From a virus, in the IMG/VR virus record IMGVR_UViG_3300032053_005343, positions 73,012-137,011 of that record: a DNA stretch of 64,000 nucleotides; one strand, written 5' to 3'. The notes under the pieces were generated by a model, which saw only the letters and a program-made list of their open reading frames with translations, did no database searches and was not told the DNA's origin. The position numbers and the translations under genes were made by a program. This document shows positions 38,910 through 48,550 of the stretch, one piece after another. The number at the start of each line of letters is the position of its first letter. Within the stretch, counting starts at the first letter, position 1.

Positions 38910-40311
38910 TTATTTTATATCCAATTTGTGAATTTTTAAACTCTCCGGGACTAATAATTTTTAATTGGTCCAAAATTCTTTGTCGTAGAGAAATAGATAA
39001 ATTCATAATCAACTCAAGTTCCTCGTTTAAGATAGTTTCAATTGTTCTATGAGGAAAAATAATTTTCAATAAACCTGACGCCAATTTTGTTAGAGCAATT
39101 TGATTTCTAAATCCTGTTTCTAAAAATTGAATCTTGGAATTAAGAACATAAGAATAATTCTTATCTCTCAATCTGTGAAAAATTTCAGAAAGATAGTCTG
39201 ATGCAAACGCGTAATCTTGGGACAAAGAAGAAACAGAAATTTGTGGTAGTTTCCATCCAGGCAAGTATCCATGAAAACGATCCAAGAAAGCTCTGTCGTT
39301 TCTTATTTTTATAGGTAGCGGAACAAATAAATGTTGATACGTATTTTTAGGTTCATAGATTTTAAGATCACAATCAATATTACCTAAAAGTATGACTCCA
39401 CAAGATGATGATAACTCCGTTTTGTCTCTCGAAAATTTTCCAGAATTTAAATAATCCTTGAGGGTATTGATTAATTCTTCGTTATTGAACGATACGGAAG
39501 AAATTTCATCAAAAGCAAGAAAATCTTTATAACAGATTACGCCCGGAGATCTCCTTAGTTTATTATAAAAAAGACTCGCAATAGTAGGGTTGCTGCCCGA
39601 TAAAACAAGACCGTATTGACTTAGGTTTCTAAAAAAATGAGTCTTGCTAGTGGCAACTGGCCCCAACTCAATTAAATTAACATTAGATTCTACAAATAAG
39701 ATGAGACGACAAATATACAGTAGTTTTTGTTCTTGTGTTAGTCTTTCGGGATTAAAACCTATACTATTAATTAATAAATCAATCCATTCTTCTGTAGAAA
39801 ACAATTTTCTTTTTTCAATATATTCATCCAAATTAATTTGAGTTATACTTAAAGGAACAAAGTCTATTATGACAAAAGGATAATTTTTCTTTTTTATTAG
39901 AGTGTTCGGATCATATGCAACAACTATATTTCCAAAACAACCCTCGGACAATAATTTGTCACCAAATTTTTCAAGCACGGTTCTATGTATTCTAATATTA
40001 TTATCTTCTAAAGAACTAATAGTTGCGAAATAGTCGTCTTTATTTTGGTCAAGTCGAACCTGGAGATGTCCCAAAAGATTATATCTTCCGATTTCTTTTA
40101 TTCTAGATTTGATTAATTCTTTTTTAGAAGATTCTGCATAATTTTCTTCTAAGAGTTTTTGTATTTTCAATATACCTGTCTGTGGATTTTCGGAATCAAC
40201 AAGTTGAGAAACAAGATAATCCGAAACAAAACTCGGAATTTGTCCAAACTTAACAGATATTTTTTTATCAATAATATATTCTTTTGGGAAGATTTCTAAT
40301 ATTTTATTCAT
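38902..40311 (-). CDS. brxL: BrxL-like AAA+ ATPase (BREX BrxL family) lacking the Lon protease domain
   Basis: IPSFVSDYL, EEWIDLLINSIG, N.IELGP..SKT, FDEI, LKDYLNSGKFSR, AFLDRFHGYLPGW. Confidence 0.85.
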   Translation of the reverse strand: MNKILEIFPKEYIIDKKISVKFGQIPSFVSDYLVSQLVDSENPQTGILKIQKLLEENYAESSKKELIKSRIKEIGRYNLLGHLQVRLDQNKDDYFATISSLEDNNIRIHRTVLEKFGDKLLSEGCFGNIVVAYDPNTLIKKKNYPFVIIDFVPLSITQINLDEYIEKRKLFSTEEWIDLLINSIGFNPERLTQEQKLLYICRLILFVESNVNLIELGPVATSKTHFFRNLSQYGLVLSGSNPTIASLFYNKLRRSPGVICYKDFLAFDEISSVSFNNEELINTLKDYLNSGKFSRDKTELSSSCGVILLGNIDCDLKIYEPKNTYQHLFVPLPIKIRNDRAFLDRFHGYLPGWKLPQISVSSLSQDYAFASDYLSEIFHRLRDKNYSYVLNSKIQFLETGFRNQIALTKLASGLLKIIFPHRTIETILNEELELIMNLSISLRQRILDQLKIISPGEFKNSQIGYKINV

Positions 40312-40798
40312 TTACATCTCCCCAATTTTTACCAGTTCTAATTTTAGAAATTGTTGATGGTGTTACTTTATATTTTTTTGCCAATTCCGTTCCTTTTAAT
40401 TCCGATTTTTTTATTTCTATAACTTGAAATATTTTTAATTTATAATTACCAAAAGAAACCTTATGTTTAGTTCTATCTTGCGAATTTTCTTTTGGTGTTC
40501 CCCAACATAAGTTATCTAATCTATTATTTAATTTATATCCATCAATATGTCTACATTGCATTCCTAAAGGGCAAATACCAACAAATGTTTCTAAAACCAA
40601 TCTGTGAACGGTATGTGATTTAATTTTACAATTTTTACTTAAATGAACAAATAAATATCCATATCTATCCTTACAAAGTTTTAAAATTTTAAACGGCTTA
40701 GCTTTATAATATTTATATAATCTTTTTATTTTTCCAAAATTTGAGGCTTCATATAATCCCCCGTATTTCGGAATATCTTTCCAAATCTCTTCTTCCAT
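40304..40798 (-). CDS. NUMOD4-HNH homing endonuclease
   Basis: EIWKDIPKYGGLYEASN; CRHIDG.KLNNRLDNLCW. Confidence 0.9.
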   Translation of the reverse strand: MEEEIWKDIPKYGGLYEASNFGKIKRLYKYYKAKPFKILKLCKDRYGYLFVHLSKNCKIKSHTVHRLVLETFVGICPLGMQCRHIDGYKLNNRLDNLCWGTPKENSQDRTKHKVSFGNYKLKIFQVIEIKKSELKGTELAKKYKVTPSTISKIRTGKNWGDVNE

Positions 40799-40809
40799 TA
40801 ATTAATCTT

Positions 40810-41157
40810 TCAAAAATTTAAAATATTATTTCTAGCCAATGAATTGGAATCACCATCTATTATACGAGAATTCGGCGCAAAATTTTCTTCGTTTGCCCGA
40901 CAAGAAATTATAGGAATATTGCCGTTCTGTAGACAATTAAAGTGTATGTAGAGTTCTTTTTGATCGTTTTCATACTCTAATCGCGCAATCGTTTCATCGT
41001 GTTGTATTCTTTTTATTAATATTATTTTCGCTATTTTAGAGTCCTTAGAAATTTTATTTTTACAAATACAGCAAATTAAATTCATATAAATTCTTGTCTC
41101 GCAAATCGGCATGTGAAGAGATATGATTTCATTGACTTTTGGTAGATAATAAAACAT
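40810..41157 (-). CDS. Hypothetical protein
   Basis: CCICK...HFNC; start uncertain. Confidence 0.5.
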   Translation of the reverse strand: MFYYLPKVNEIISLHMPICETRIYMNLICCICKNKISKDSKIAKIILIKRIQHDETIARLEYENDQKELYIHFNCLQNGNIPIISCRANEENFAPNSRIIDGDSNSLARNNILNF

Positions 41158-41291
41158 AAACTACTATCTGTATAGTTCGTTTTCGTACTTTTGTTTCACA
41201 GAAAATTTGAGAATTCGTTAACCCTATATTTTATAACTATTTATGAATGAAAATTTTTTTGAGGAAGAGATTTGTGATTTAAATATTTACT

Positions 41292-41813
41292 TTATTTTTT
41301 TAATCTAGGTTTAAATTTTCTTCTATTATTTGATTGCTCTTTCATCGTAGACCACTTACAATTTTCTTTGTAATAACCTTCGCTATTGTTTATTCTATCA
41401 ATTGAATATTCTTTTCCAGGTCTTTCTCCCATATCTTCTAAGAAATTCTGAAATGATCCACCCATTTTAATATTCCATCTATCACAAACGGTAATTCCGC
41501 GACCTCCGTAGTCTTGATGTCTTTTATAATTTGGATTATTGCATCTATTGAGCATATTAGTCCATGATCTATGTGTTATTGATTCTTTCCCAACCCTGCT
41601 GTGTCCGTGCTTTGTTGCATTTTTAATTTCTTTAAACAAACACCCACAACTTTGTGTTCGTCCAACGAGAAGACTATTTCCAATAATTGTTTTAATGTTT
41701 CCACAATTGCATTTACAAGACCACAGATATTGTCCATGTCTATTTTTACCCGATAGACCTATAACTAAAAGTCTTCCAAATTTTTGTCCAATTAAATCAA
41801 TGAATTTTCCCAT
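41292..41813 (-). CDS. DLxG-family HNH-like endonuclease (no C-terminal HTH)
   Basis: FIDLIGQKFGRL, CKCNCG, IDRINNSEGYYKENC. Confidence 0.85.
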   Translation of the reverse strand: MGKFIDLIGQKFGRLLVIGLSGKNRHGQYLWSCKCNCGNIKTIIGNSLLVGRTQSCGCLFKEIKNATKHGHSRVGKESITHRSWTNMLNRCNNPNYKRHQDYGGRGITVCDRWNIKMGGSFQNFLEDMGERPGKEYSIDRINNSEGYYKENCKWSTMKEQSNNRRKFKPRLKK

Positions 41814-41859
41814 ACTATATTATACTATTTTTTATCAGATTTTTAATTAAATTTTTACT

Positions 41860-42027
41860 TTATTTTTCAACAATATCTGTTAGAGGAACTAAAACATTGG
41901 CTCGGATATCAAGAATATTAACTAGGGCTTCCGAATCAAAGATTTCAAGAATTATTCCATCCGAACAGACACGTCCCCATTCTAGATCGTCTATGTCTAC
42001 GTGAACAACGTCGTCTACCATCATCAT
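41860..42027 (-). CDS. Small acidic hypothetical protein (55 aa, not in ORF track)
   Basis: MMMVDDVVHVDIDD...; AAGGAG RBS. Confidence 0.55.
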   Translation of the reverse strand: MMMVDDVVHVDIDDLEWGRVCSDGIILEIFDSEALVNILDIRANVLVPLTDIVEK

Positions 42028-42103
42028 TAGGTTTTCTCCTTTTAAAATCGGCTAGAGGTCTGTAAAAATCAATTTGGGTATACTTTAGGTGGTGAGTTTG
42101 GGC

Positions 42104-42733
42104 TTATTTTGTTCCATGTTTGAAATAGTAATGGCCGGTTTTAAATCCATTCATACTCTTTTTATTTTTTCCATTAATTTGGAATAATAAATAAAGATTA
42201 GGGTCTAATATTTTTAGCCACTTTCTTAAAGTAGGATCAGATATTTTAATAGTTTTTGATATTTCATACAAACTTTTATTTTCTTTTACTAATACTCTAA
42301 GATTAGTCAATATATTTTTTATTATATTTTGTTTTGTCATATTTTGTAAGAATTTTTCACTCTTGCGAGTTAAACTCATTATTTGTCTTGTCTTTAATGA
42401 ATGCTTCCTACCCGCCATCAACGCAAATGGATTTGTTGCAATATTAAAACCTATTTTGCCGTTACAACAATTAGTATTATCTAACCAGCACTTTTCTTTT
42501 AGTAATAGTTGATTTGTATCGTTAATAGTTTCAATTATCTCAAATTTAAAATTTTTCTCCCCGTATTTATTCCAGCAATTTTGTAAATATTTGTTGGGAT
42601 GTTTATTGTGTTTCAAGAAACTAACATGATTCATTAATCTTTTATTTATATCAATAGTACTTCCTATATAGAATTTATTATTATTCAAACACGTTATTTT
42701 ATAAATACAGGAAGTTTTATTCTTCTTCGTCAT
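42104..42733 (-). CDS. GIY-YIG homing endonuclease
   Basis: CIYKITC..FYIGST; GRKHSLKT NUMOD3; HTH. Confidence 0.88.
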   Translation of the reverse strand: MTKKNKTSCIYKITCLNNNKFYIGSTIDINKRLMNHVSFLKHNKHPNKYLQNCWNKYGEKNFKFEIIETINDTNQLLLKEKCWLDNTNCCNGKIGFNIATNPFALMAGRKHSLKTRQIMSLTRKSEKFLQNMTKQNIIKNILTNLRVLVKENKSLYEISKTIKISDPTLRKWLKILDPNLYLLFQINGKNKKSMNGFKTGHYYFKHGTK

Positions 42734-44657
42734 TATTTATTTTTTCTTTTTTGAACATAGAAAAATTATATGTTTTAATATTTTGAAGAATAATAGTTTT
42801 AAAAAAATTAGATTTGATAGGTTTATGATCCAGTAACGAAAAACACAAAGCCAGCTTTTCTCCAGAATATTTCTGTTTCATTAAAAGGGCAAAATCTTTT
42901 CTTGATAATTTTCTATTTTCTTCTACTAAGTTCGCTATGTGATTATACACATCGTTCGCTATTTGAGAAGCGGTACAGATAGAAGAAGCCGCCGGTACAA
43001 TCACAACCCAAGTTTCATAATCAAAAGTTGATTGAAATTTGTTTTCAAAATCCCTGAAAGATGGTCTACCCCAACTCAGATATAGGTCTGTAATTGCTTC
43101 AGAATCAAGTTTAGATTTTAAAGCATGTAATATAAAATAATGGTCTGACTTAATTTTTACCAATTCTTGTTCATTATTCAATCTTATTACGTATCCTTCA
43201 ATTTCTTTTTCTGTTTTTAATTTTTCTATAAGATTAATTATTTCTGCATTATTTTTTAAACAAAAATATTCTGTGCAAGGCATCATATGATCGTCATAAG
43301 TTGTTAAATCTTCTGTTATTTCTTCTAGTTGTTTCATTGTTAATAAAGAAAATTCATTTTCATACCATTTTGTATTTCTCTTAAAAGATACAGCGCCAAC
43401 CAAATATATCTCTGGTTGATCATATTTTATTACAATCTGATTTTTTGGAGAAACCCATTCAAATAATAGAGATGTATCGGGATACATAGAGGCATGATTT
43501 AATTTTGGATATTTTTTAATAAACCCATCTATCTCATCTTTATTGTCAAGTCCAACCGTTAAAGATCCCCTTGTTCTCCATCCTACTATTCCATCACGAA
43601 CATATCTTATCAATAAGCTTCCGTCTATTTTTAGCGTAGCCATCAATCCTGTTTTATTGTCCAACAGATCTTGTTCAGAAACATTAAAATCTCCGCACCC
43701 TTCTCCTATATTCATAAATTTTGGAAAACCAACGGAAATAACGTGGTCATTTCTATCTATATGCATCGACCTTAACCATCTTAGGTTGAAATCTTGCCAT
43801 GCGTCATTTCCTACGCCAAACTCTGGACCTATTAGGGTTTCAAATTTTTCATTTGTCGATGTTTTAAATTGTTCTGGTATTTTCATGTCTTTTTTATATC
43901 CTTCTATTTCGACAATCTCATACTTATTATTTTGTATAATCATCGCTCTCAAAGTTCCTCCGTGACAACAACCACCATCCAAACAAAACACATTTGGGTT
44001 TGGTTGTACAATTGGTGAAACAATATGGCCCGACAGAACTGTGTATGTGCCGTCGAGAAAATCATACCAAATTCCTTTAGACTCATCAAAATAATTTTTT
44101 GGATCTATACCTCTAATATAGATACAAGTTTCTGGGGTTTGTTTGTCTATCGGATATTTGGCATCTACCCCTGCGTGGACGACATAACATGGTTTATTAT
44201 TTAAATCTGGTAGACGTATTATATGAGGAAGTGCGCCAAGATAAAGAGCTACTAATTGTTGAAAATATTCATGCGGAGATTTAATTTGAATTTCATTTAT
44301 TGTTGATTGCAGTGTTTTTCCTATCTTTACTTTATTACCAATTAAAGCTCTTTTTAATTTATCGTCGTGATTACCAGTTACAGAATAGATATTGTGTTCT
44401 TGATGAGGATTGTCAGGCATAAAAAATCTTAGTACGTCTACAGAATTTGGGCCGCGATCACAAAGGTCTCCGCACGATATAATAATATCTGTTTCGTTAT
44501 TATAATTACATTTTTGCAAAAGTTCTATCAATTGGTCGTAACAACCATGTATATCACCTATACATATAAATCTTCTATAATGTGTTCTTCCGGTTGACGA
44601 ATATCTCCACCCTGTCGTTATTGATGATAAATCTAATATTTTAGCTAATTTTCTCAT
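42717..44657 (-). CDS. Metallophosphoesterase fused to Rnl1-like RNA ligase
   Basis: GDIHG, GDLCDRG, GNHD, HAG, GH, LDGGC; ligase motifs KIDGSL, FEW, EGYVI, VKIKS. Confidence 0.85.
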   Translation of the reverse strand: MRKLAKILDLSSITTGWRYSSTGRTHYRRFICIGDIHGCYDQLIELLQKCNYNNETDIIISCGDLCDRGPNSVDVLRFFMPDNPHQEHNIYSVTGNHDDKLKRALIGNKVKIGKTLQSTINEIQIKSPHEYFQQLVALYLGALPHIIRLPDLNNKPCYVVHAGVDAKYPIDKQTPETCIYIRGIDPKNYFDESKGIWYDFLDGTYTVLSGHIVSPIVQPNPNVFCLDGGCCHGGTLRAMIIQNNKYEIVEIEGYKKDMKIPEQFKTSTNEKFETLIGPEFGVGNDAWQDFNLRWLRSMHIDRNDHVISVGFPKFMNIGEGCGDFNVSEQDLLDNKTGLMATLKIDGSLLIRYVRDGIVGWRTRGSLTVGLDNKDEIDGFIKKYPKLNHASMYPDTSLLFEWVSPKNQIVIKYDQPEIYLVGAVSFKRNTKWYENEFSLLTMKQLEEITEDLTTYDDHMMPCTEYFCLKNNAEIINLIEKLKTEKEIEGYVIRLNNEQELVKIKSDHYFILHALKSKLDSEAITDLYLSWGRPSFRDFENKFQSTFDYETWVVIVPAASSICTASQIANDVYNHIANLVEENRKLSRKDFALLMKQKYSGEKLALCFSLLDHKPIKSNFFKTIILQNIKTYNFSMFKKEKINNDEEE

Positions 44658-44851
44658 TATTTAATCATACTATATAAAAGAGTATTTATTTTATCACACA
44701 CATCTTGTGTTTGTGAAATTGCTCTAGATAAATTTTTAAGACGAATTTCTTTTTCGTCTTCTACGTATTGAGATAATTGACGTTGAAATTCTTCTAATTT
44801 ATCTTTTAATTTTTTCTCATAAGTTCTAAGTTTTTTGATTTCTTTGGTCAT
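44657..44851 (-). CDS. Small coiled-coil hypothetical protein
   Basis: 64 aa ORF coupled to neighbours. Confidence 0.5.
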   Translation of the reverse strand: MTKEIKKLRTYEKKLKDKLEEFQRQLSQYVEDEKEIRLKNLSRAISQTQDVCDKINTLLYSMIK

Positions 44852-45314
44852 TTTCTTCCCCCGTCTTAATTTCTGTCATATCGAAATTTTCCAAATCTCC
44901 TGGTTCTTCATATTTATCTTGAAAAAATTTTAGAACTTTCTTTTGTGTTTCATGATCATTATTTTTTATTGTTGGATGATTTTTTCTTTCTTTCATTCTT
45001 TTAAGACATATACTTTCTGGAGCAACGAAAAAATAATACATTATTTTATATCCAAATTTTTGTGCAGGTAGAACATATTGTAATCGTTGCTGGATAGAAA
45101 AGTTCATACGGTCAATTACGATAAGATCCATTCCCGATAAAAGTATTTCTAAAAATTTTCTATAGTGTCCTTTTCCAAAGTTGTCTTGTGAAATTCTAAA
45201 ATAATTGTAAAGTGTGTGTTGGCAATAATAAGATTTTCCAGAACCAGGAGGTCCGATCAAAATCGCAAGTATTTTCTTATGGTGTTTTTTCTTTTCTTGT
45301 TTTAATTTTTTCAT
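44826..45314 (-). CDS. AAA_33 polynucleotide-kinase-like protein
   Basis: GPPGSGKS, ISQD, VIDRMN, CLKRMKER..HPT. Confidence 0.82.
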   Translation of the reverse strand: MKKLKQEKKKHHKKILAILIGPPGSGKSYYCQHTLYNYFRISQDNFGKGHYRKFLEILLSGMDLIVIDRMNFSIQQRLQYVLPAQKFGYKIMYYFFVAPESICLKRMKERKNHPTIKNNDHETQKKVLKFFQDKYEEPGDLENFDMTEIKTGEENDQRNQKT

Positions 45315-45532
45315 AAAGGATTACAAACAGTATATCTTATCACATCTTCGCATAGTATATCTAAATTGTCCCAATATAAATCTATATCATCCAATTCATC
45401 AGGGTCATCCTCAAAAACTTTGATATTTATATTTGTAATTTTTGTTAATCTTTTTGTTTCTTCGTTTATGTCTTTGGCCAATTTTTGTAATTTTCTATTA
45501 AATGTATTTAATTTTTTAATCTGTCTTTTCAT
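45311..45532 (-). CDS. Small hypothetical protein
   Basis: 73 aa ORF with ATGA overlaps. Confidence 0.5.
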   Translation of the reverse strand: MKRQIKKLNTFNRKLQKLAKDINEETKRLTKITNINIKVFEDDPDELDDIDLYWDNLDILCEDVIRYTVCNPL

Positions 45533-46188
45533 TTTATTTTTTTTCTATATTTTTTAACTGGTGTTGTTAATGCCTTTTCTATTGACCACCCAAGCCTATA
45601 TAATCTGATCCATAATGTATTTGGATTAATATTATATTCTTTCGCCCAATCTATTAAAAATTGTGTTTTATTATTAAATGTTATTGGTCTATTCCAACGT
45701 TGATTTCTACGTTGCTCTTTTCTAGAAGACAGTTTCCAATTGTTAAAATCATAATTTCCATTATTATCTATTCTGTCTAACGTTAATCCTTTTGGTATTT
45801 CGCCAATATCTTCAAGAAAATTTTCAAACCCAGTTTTCTTGTTTAACCATCTTTCACAAACAGTTATTCCTCGTTCTCCATAATTTTTATAATCTTTATT
45901 ATTTTTATTAAAACATCTAGATTTCATATCTTGCCATGTTTTATATATTTTTGATTTTTTATTTCTTGCAAGACCATGCTTTAAATTTAATCCATTTTTT
46001 ATTTTTTCTTTATATAGACATCCACAACTCTTTGTATTCCCGCTCCTAAGACTATTTCCAGGAACAATTATTTCCTTGCCGCATTCACACAAACAAGACC
46101 ATGTTATGTGTCCATCTTTTGCATAACCAATTCTTTTCATAACTGTTAATCTACTAAATTTTAATCCTGTTAAATCAACAAATTTCAT
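45529..46188 (-). CDS. DLxG-family HNH-like endonuclease
   Basis: FVDLTGLKFSRL, CLCECG, LDRIDNNGNY. Confidence 0.85.
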   Translation of the reverse strand: MKFVDLTGLKFSRLTVMKRIGYAKDGHITWSCLCECGKEIIVPGNSLRSGNTKSCGCLYKEKIKNGLNLKHGLARNKKSKIYKTWQDMKSRCFNKNNKDYKNYGERGITVCERWLNKKTGFENFLEDIGEIPKGLTLDRIDNNGNYDFNNWKLSSRKEQRRNQRWNRPITFNNKTQFLIDWAKEYNINPNTLWIRLYRLGWSIEKALTTPVKKYRKKIK

Positions 46189-46207
46189 TCACGATATATC
46201 CTTCCTT

Positions 46208-47350
46208 TTAAATATCTTCTTCAACACGAACTCCGACAGGGAATCGTGGTAATCCATCAGAGGTTAGATTTTGAAATTTGACAGTTATTTGTTTTCCAAT
46301 AACTATTTCTGGATTAATTAGATATTTTTTAAGATTTCCCAAAGACCCTTCCATTTTGCAGGAAAATTCATTACCCGTTTTCGTCCTACATATAAAAATT
46401 GCACAATCTACCATTCTCCCTTTCCCATTTTTTACACCTATGATTTCGAATTCATCGTCGGAGAATAATTTTATTTTTTGTAAATCATAAGACCTACCGT
46501 GTTTATACAAACTTTGAGCATTGCGTACCATACTTCCTTCCCACCCCCCGGCCAAATCTTTTTCAAATAAATCCATCAATTCTTCGACATTGTTGACTTT
46601 CCGAGTTTCAACTTTTACAACCTTACTTCCGGCAAATTTTATTTTTTGAATTTTTTCTGTTCTTTCTTCAAAAGTCAAAGAATCATCTATTAAATCATAA
46701 ACATGATACTGGACCACTTCATATCCAGGTTTTGGGTTCTGTGATCTTATGAAGGATGTTATTTCTTCAAAATTATTTTTATAGGCGTGATTATAAAGCT
46801 CCCCATCAAGAACAATACTTTCATTTGGAAATGTTGCTTCCATTACTTTGATAATATGGGGAACACTAGTTATTGGTTTGCGGGTGCGAGACCACAAAGT
46901 ACACTTCCCATTATTTACAACACAGGCACAGCGATGACCGTCGAGCTTACTTTGAGAGTAACAAGGATAAATAATTTTTGATTCGTGATCCTTGAACCGA
47001 TGGGCAAGCATCACCTCCGCGCCCCCAGTTATAAACTCCTTATCCACCTTTCCTTGTCTCGCTTCCGCCTCTGTTTGACAGTATCCTGATTTTAATTTTT
47101 TCTCCCATTGGGATTGTGCTTCAGACAAAGCTTGTTCTTCTGGGGAAGTTTCATTGACCTTTCCGATGTTTTTCCCTGCATTTATTTCATCTTTTGTTTC
47201 CTGGATTTTGCCATTTATTTTACCATATTTTTTAATAATTATATTATCTTTTACAGATATATTCCATTGTTGGATTGAACCATCATTGTTTTTTGAATAA
47301 AGTGTGGGAAAATTTTTAATCATTATTTTATTCTCCTGTCCTAATTTCAT
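46208..47350 (-). CDS. ATP-dependent DNA ligase with WGR-like N-terminal domain
   Basis: KLDGHRC, LDGELY, YDL, EGSMVR, LQKIK, PRFPVG. Confidence 0.9.
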   Translation of the reverse strand: MKLGQENKIMIKNFPTLYSKNNDGSIQQWNISVKDNIIIKKYGKINGKIQETKDEINAGKNIGKVNETSPEEQALSEAQSQWEKKLKSGYCQTEAEARQGKVDKEFITGGAEVMLAHRFKDHESKIIYPCYSQSKLDGHRCACVVNNGKCTLWSRTRKPITSVPHIIKVMEATFPNESIVLDGELYNHAYKNNFEEITSFIRSQNPKPGYEVVQYHVYDLIDDSLTFEERTEKIQKIKFAGSKVVKVETRKVNNVEELMDLFEKDLAGGWEGSMVRNAQSLYKHGRSYDLQKIKLFSDDEFEIIGVKNGKGRMVDCAIFICRTKTGNEFSCKMEGSLGNLKKYLINPEIVIGKQITVKFQNLTSDGLPRFPVGVRVEEDI

Positions 47351-47538
47351 TTAAATGTCCTTCCTACTGATGGGTGAATCATTATATCTGATTCTATCAT
47401 AGCGCGAAGTCTTGCTTCGTAATTTTCAATTGCTAATTTGCTAACTCTAGTAATTTGTTTTTCAAATCCTGGTCTAAGTGCCGCTATTTTTGCCAATATA
47501 AATTTCTTAGTGGCAGATTGATTTAATATGCTGTTCAT
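47347..47538 (-). CDS. Small basic protein, candidate histone fold
   Basis: ILNQSATKKF..ITRVSKLAIENYEARLRAMIE...GRTF pattern. Confidence 0.5.
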   Translation of the reverse strand: MNSILNQSATKKFILAKIAALRPGFEKQITRVSKLAIENYEARLRAMIESDIMIHPSVGRTFK

Positions 47539-47729
47539 TAATTTCTCTCTTTCTGCTTAGTGCTGGTTTTCATATTGTATTCTTTTTTCTTCGTGGAGGA
47601 TATTGTTTTACCTATCGAATCCGCTATCTCTTTTATGAAATGATCGCATTCAGGTCCGACGAAATTATTTCCTTCTATTGACACATCTCCTGTTTTGGTT
47701 ATATCTACTATAATTTTTTTATTATTCAT
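47538..47729 (-). CDS. DUF2997-family protein
   Basis: IIVDITKTGDVSIEGNNFVGPEC......G......KKEY. Confidence 0.8.
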   Translation of the reverse strand: MNNKKIIVDITKTGDVSIEGNNFVGPECDHFIKEIADSIGKTISSTKKKEYNMKTSTKQKERN

Positions 47730-48015
47730 TATAATATTTACCCCCGCATTGAAAATTTTCTATCTCCCATTCGACGCACTTATCTCTAATCTTATTTTGA
47801 TAGACAATTTCATTTGTTTGTGCGTTTATAATTTCCCAATATTGTTTTTCTTGATTAAACAAAATATGAGATGCTCTACGGATATTTGTTACTAAACCTA
47901 GATCATATAAATCTATAAAATCATTATAAATCGTTGATATATTGCCTTTTTCATTTATTTCCATAATAGGTATTTGCATTATTATTTTCCTTTCGTCAAA
48001 TCGTTGAGGCAACAT
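47722..48015 (-). CDS. Hypothetical protein (type often found beside DUF2997)
   Basis: G.ISTIYND..DL..LG....RRASHI.F....W. Confidence 0.6.
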   Translation of the reverse strand: MLPQRFDERKIIMQIPIMEINEKGNISTIYNDFIDLYDLGLVTNIRRASHILFNQEKQYWEIINAQTNEIVYQNKIRDKCVEWEIENFQCGGKYYNE

Positions 48016-48221
48016 CTCAATTCGTGGGAATCTAGATCTTTTGCATCTCTCCCATTTATTTTTACATTAACGATATCGTTTGCACCATTTAATTCTACAT
48101 ATACTCTTCTGTCGCTTATTGTAGAACAGGGCCATTGCGCATTAGGTCTGCGACTCCATTTAAACGTGTCGTTTTGGGACAACCACACCCTCGTTGTGTT
48201 TCCTATTTTTTTAATTTTCAT
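47982..48221 (-). CDS. Hypothetical protein
   Basis: 79 aa ORF. Confidence 0.5.
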   Translation of the reverse strand: MKIKKIGNTTRVWLSQNDTFKWSRRPNAQWPCSTISDRRVYVELNGANDIVNVKINGRDAKDLDSHELRCCLNDLTKGK

Positions 48222-48541
48222 AGAATTATTTTCCTCAATAGTTTTTTGGTTTGTTCTGCAATAATTTTTTGCTCAAACTCGGCTTTATGCTCAGTACATG
48301 TATTGTTTTTTATATTACACATTACAAAAAATGTTTGTGGGCCAATCAAATCTATGCCATTTTCACGAGCCTTTTTTGCCTTAGTTGATTGGCTATTCAT
48401 ATCCATTATAACTAGTATAGTTGTTTTATTAGTTATAGACTTTGTGACCGATGCTCCAGCCTTGATAGCTATGTCTGTCATTTGATTACGAGATATTGGA
48501 CCTTTCCCGGTGAAACAGAATACTATATCTTTATTTAACAT
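48218..48541 (-). CDS. Stand-alone BRCT domain protein (NAD-ligase/RFC type)
   Basis: FCFTGK..SR......GA.V..SIT.KT..LV......S.K..KA...GI.LI. Confidence 0.85.
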   Translation of the reverse strand: MLNKDIVFCFTGKGPISRNQMTDIAIKAGASVTKSITNKTTILVIMDMNSQSTKAKKARENGIDLIGPQTFFVMCNIKNNTCTEHKAEFEQKIIAEQTKKLLRKIIL

Positions 48542-48550
48542 ATTTAGCCT

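Noticed and set aside
44657-45532. Similar N-termini of two small ORFs (MTKEIKKLRTY / MKRQIKKLNTF) as a duplication
   Set aside because: The match is short and low-complexity (Lys/Leu-rich) and does not extend further.
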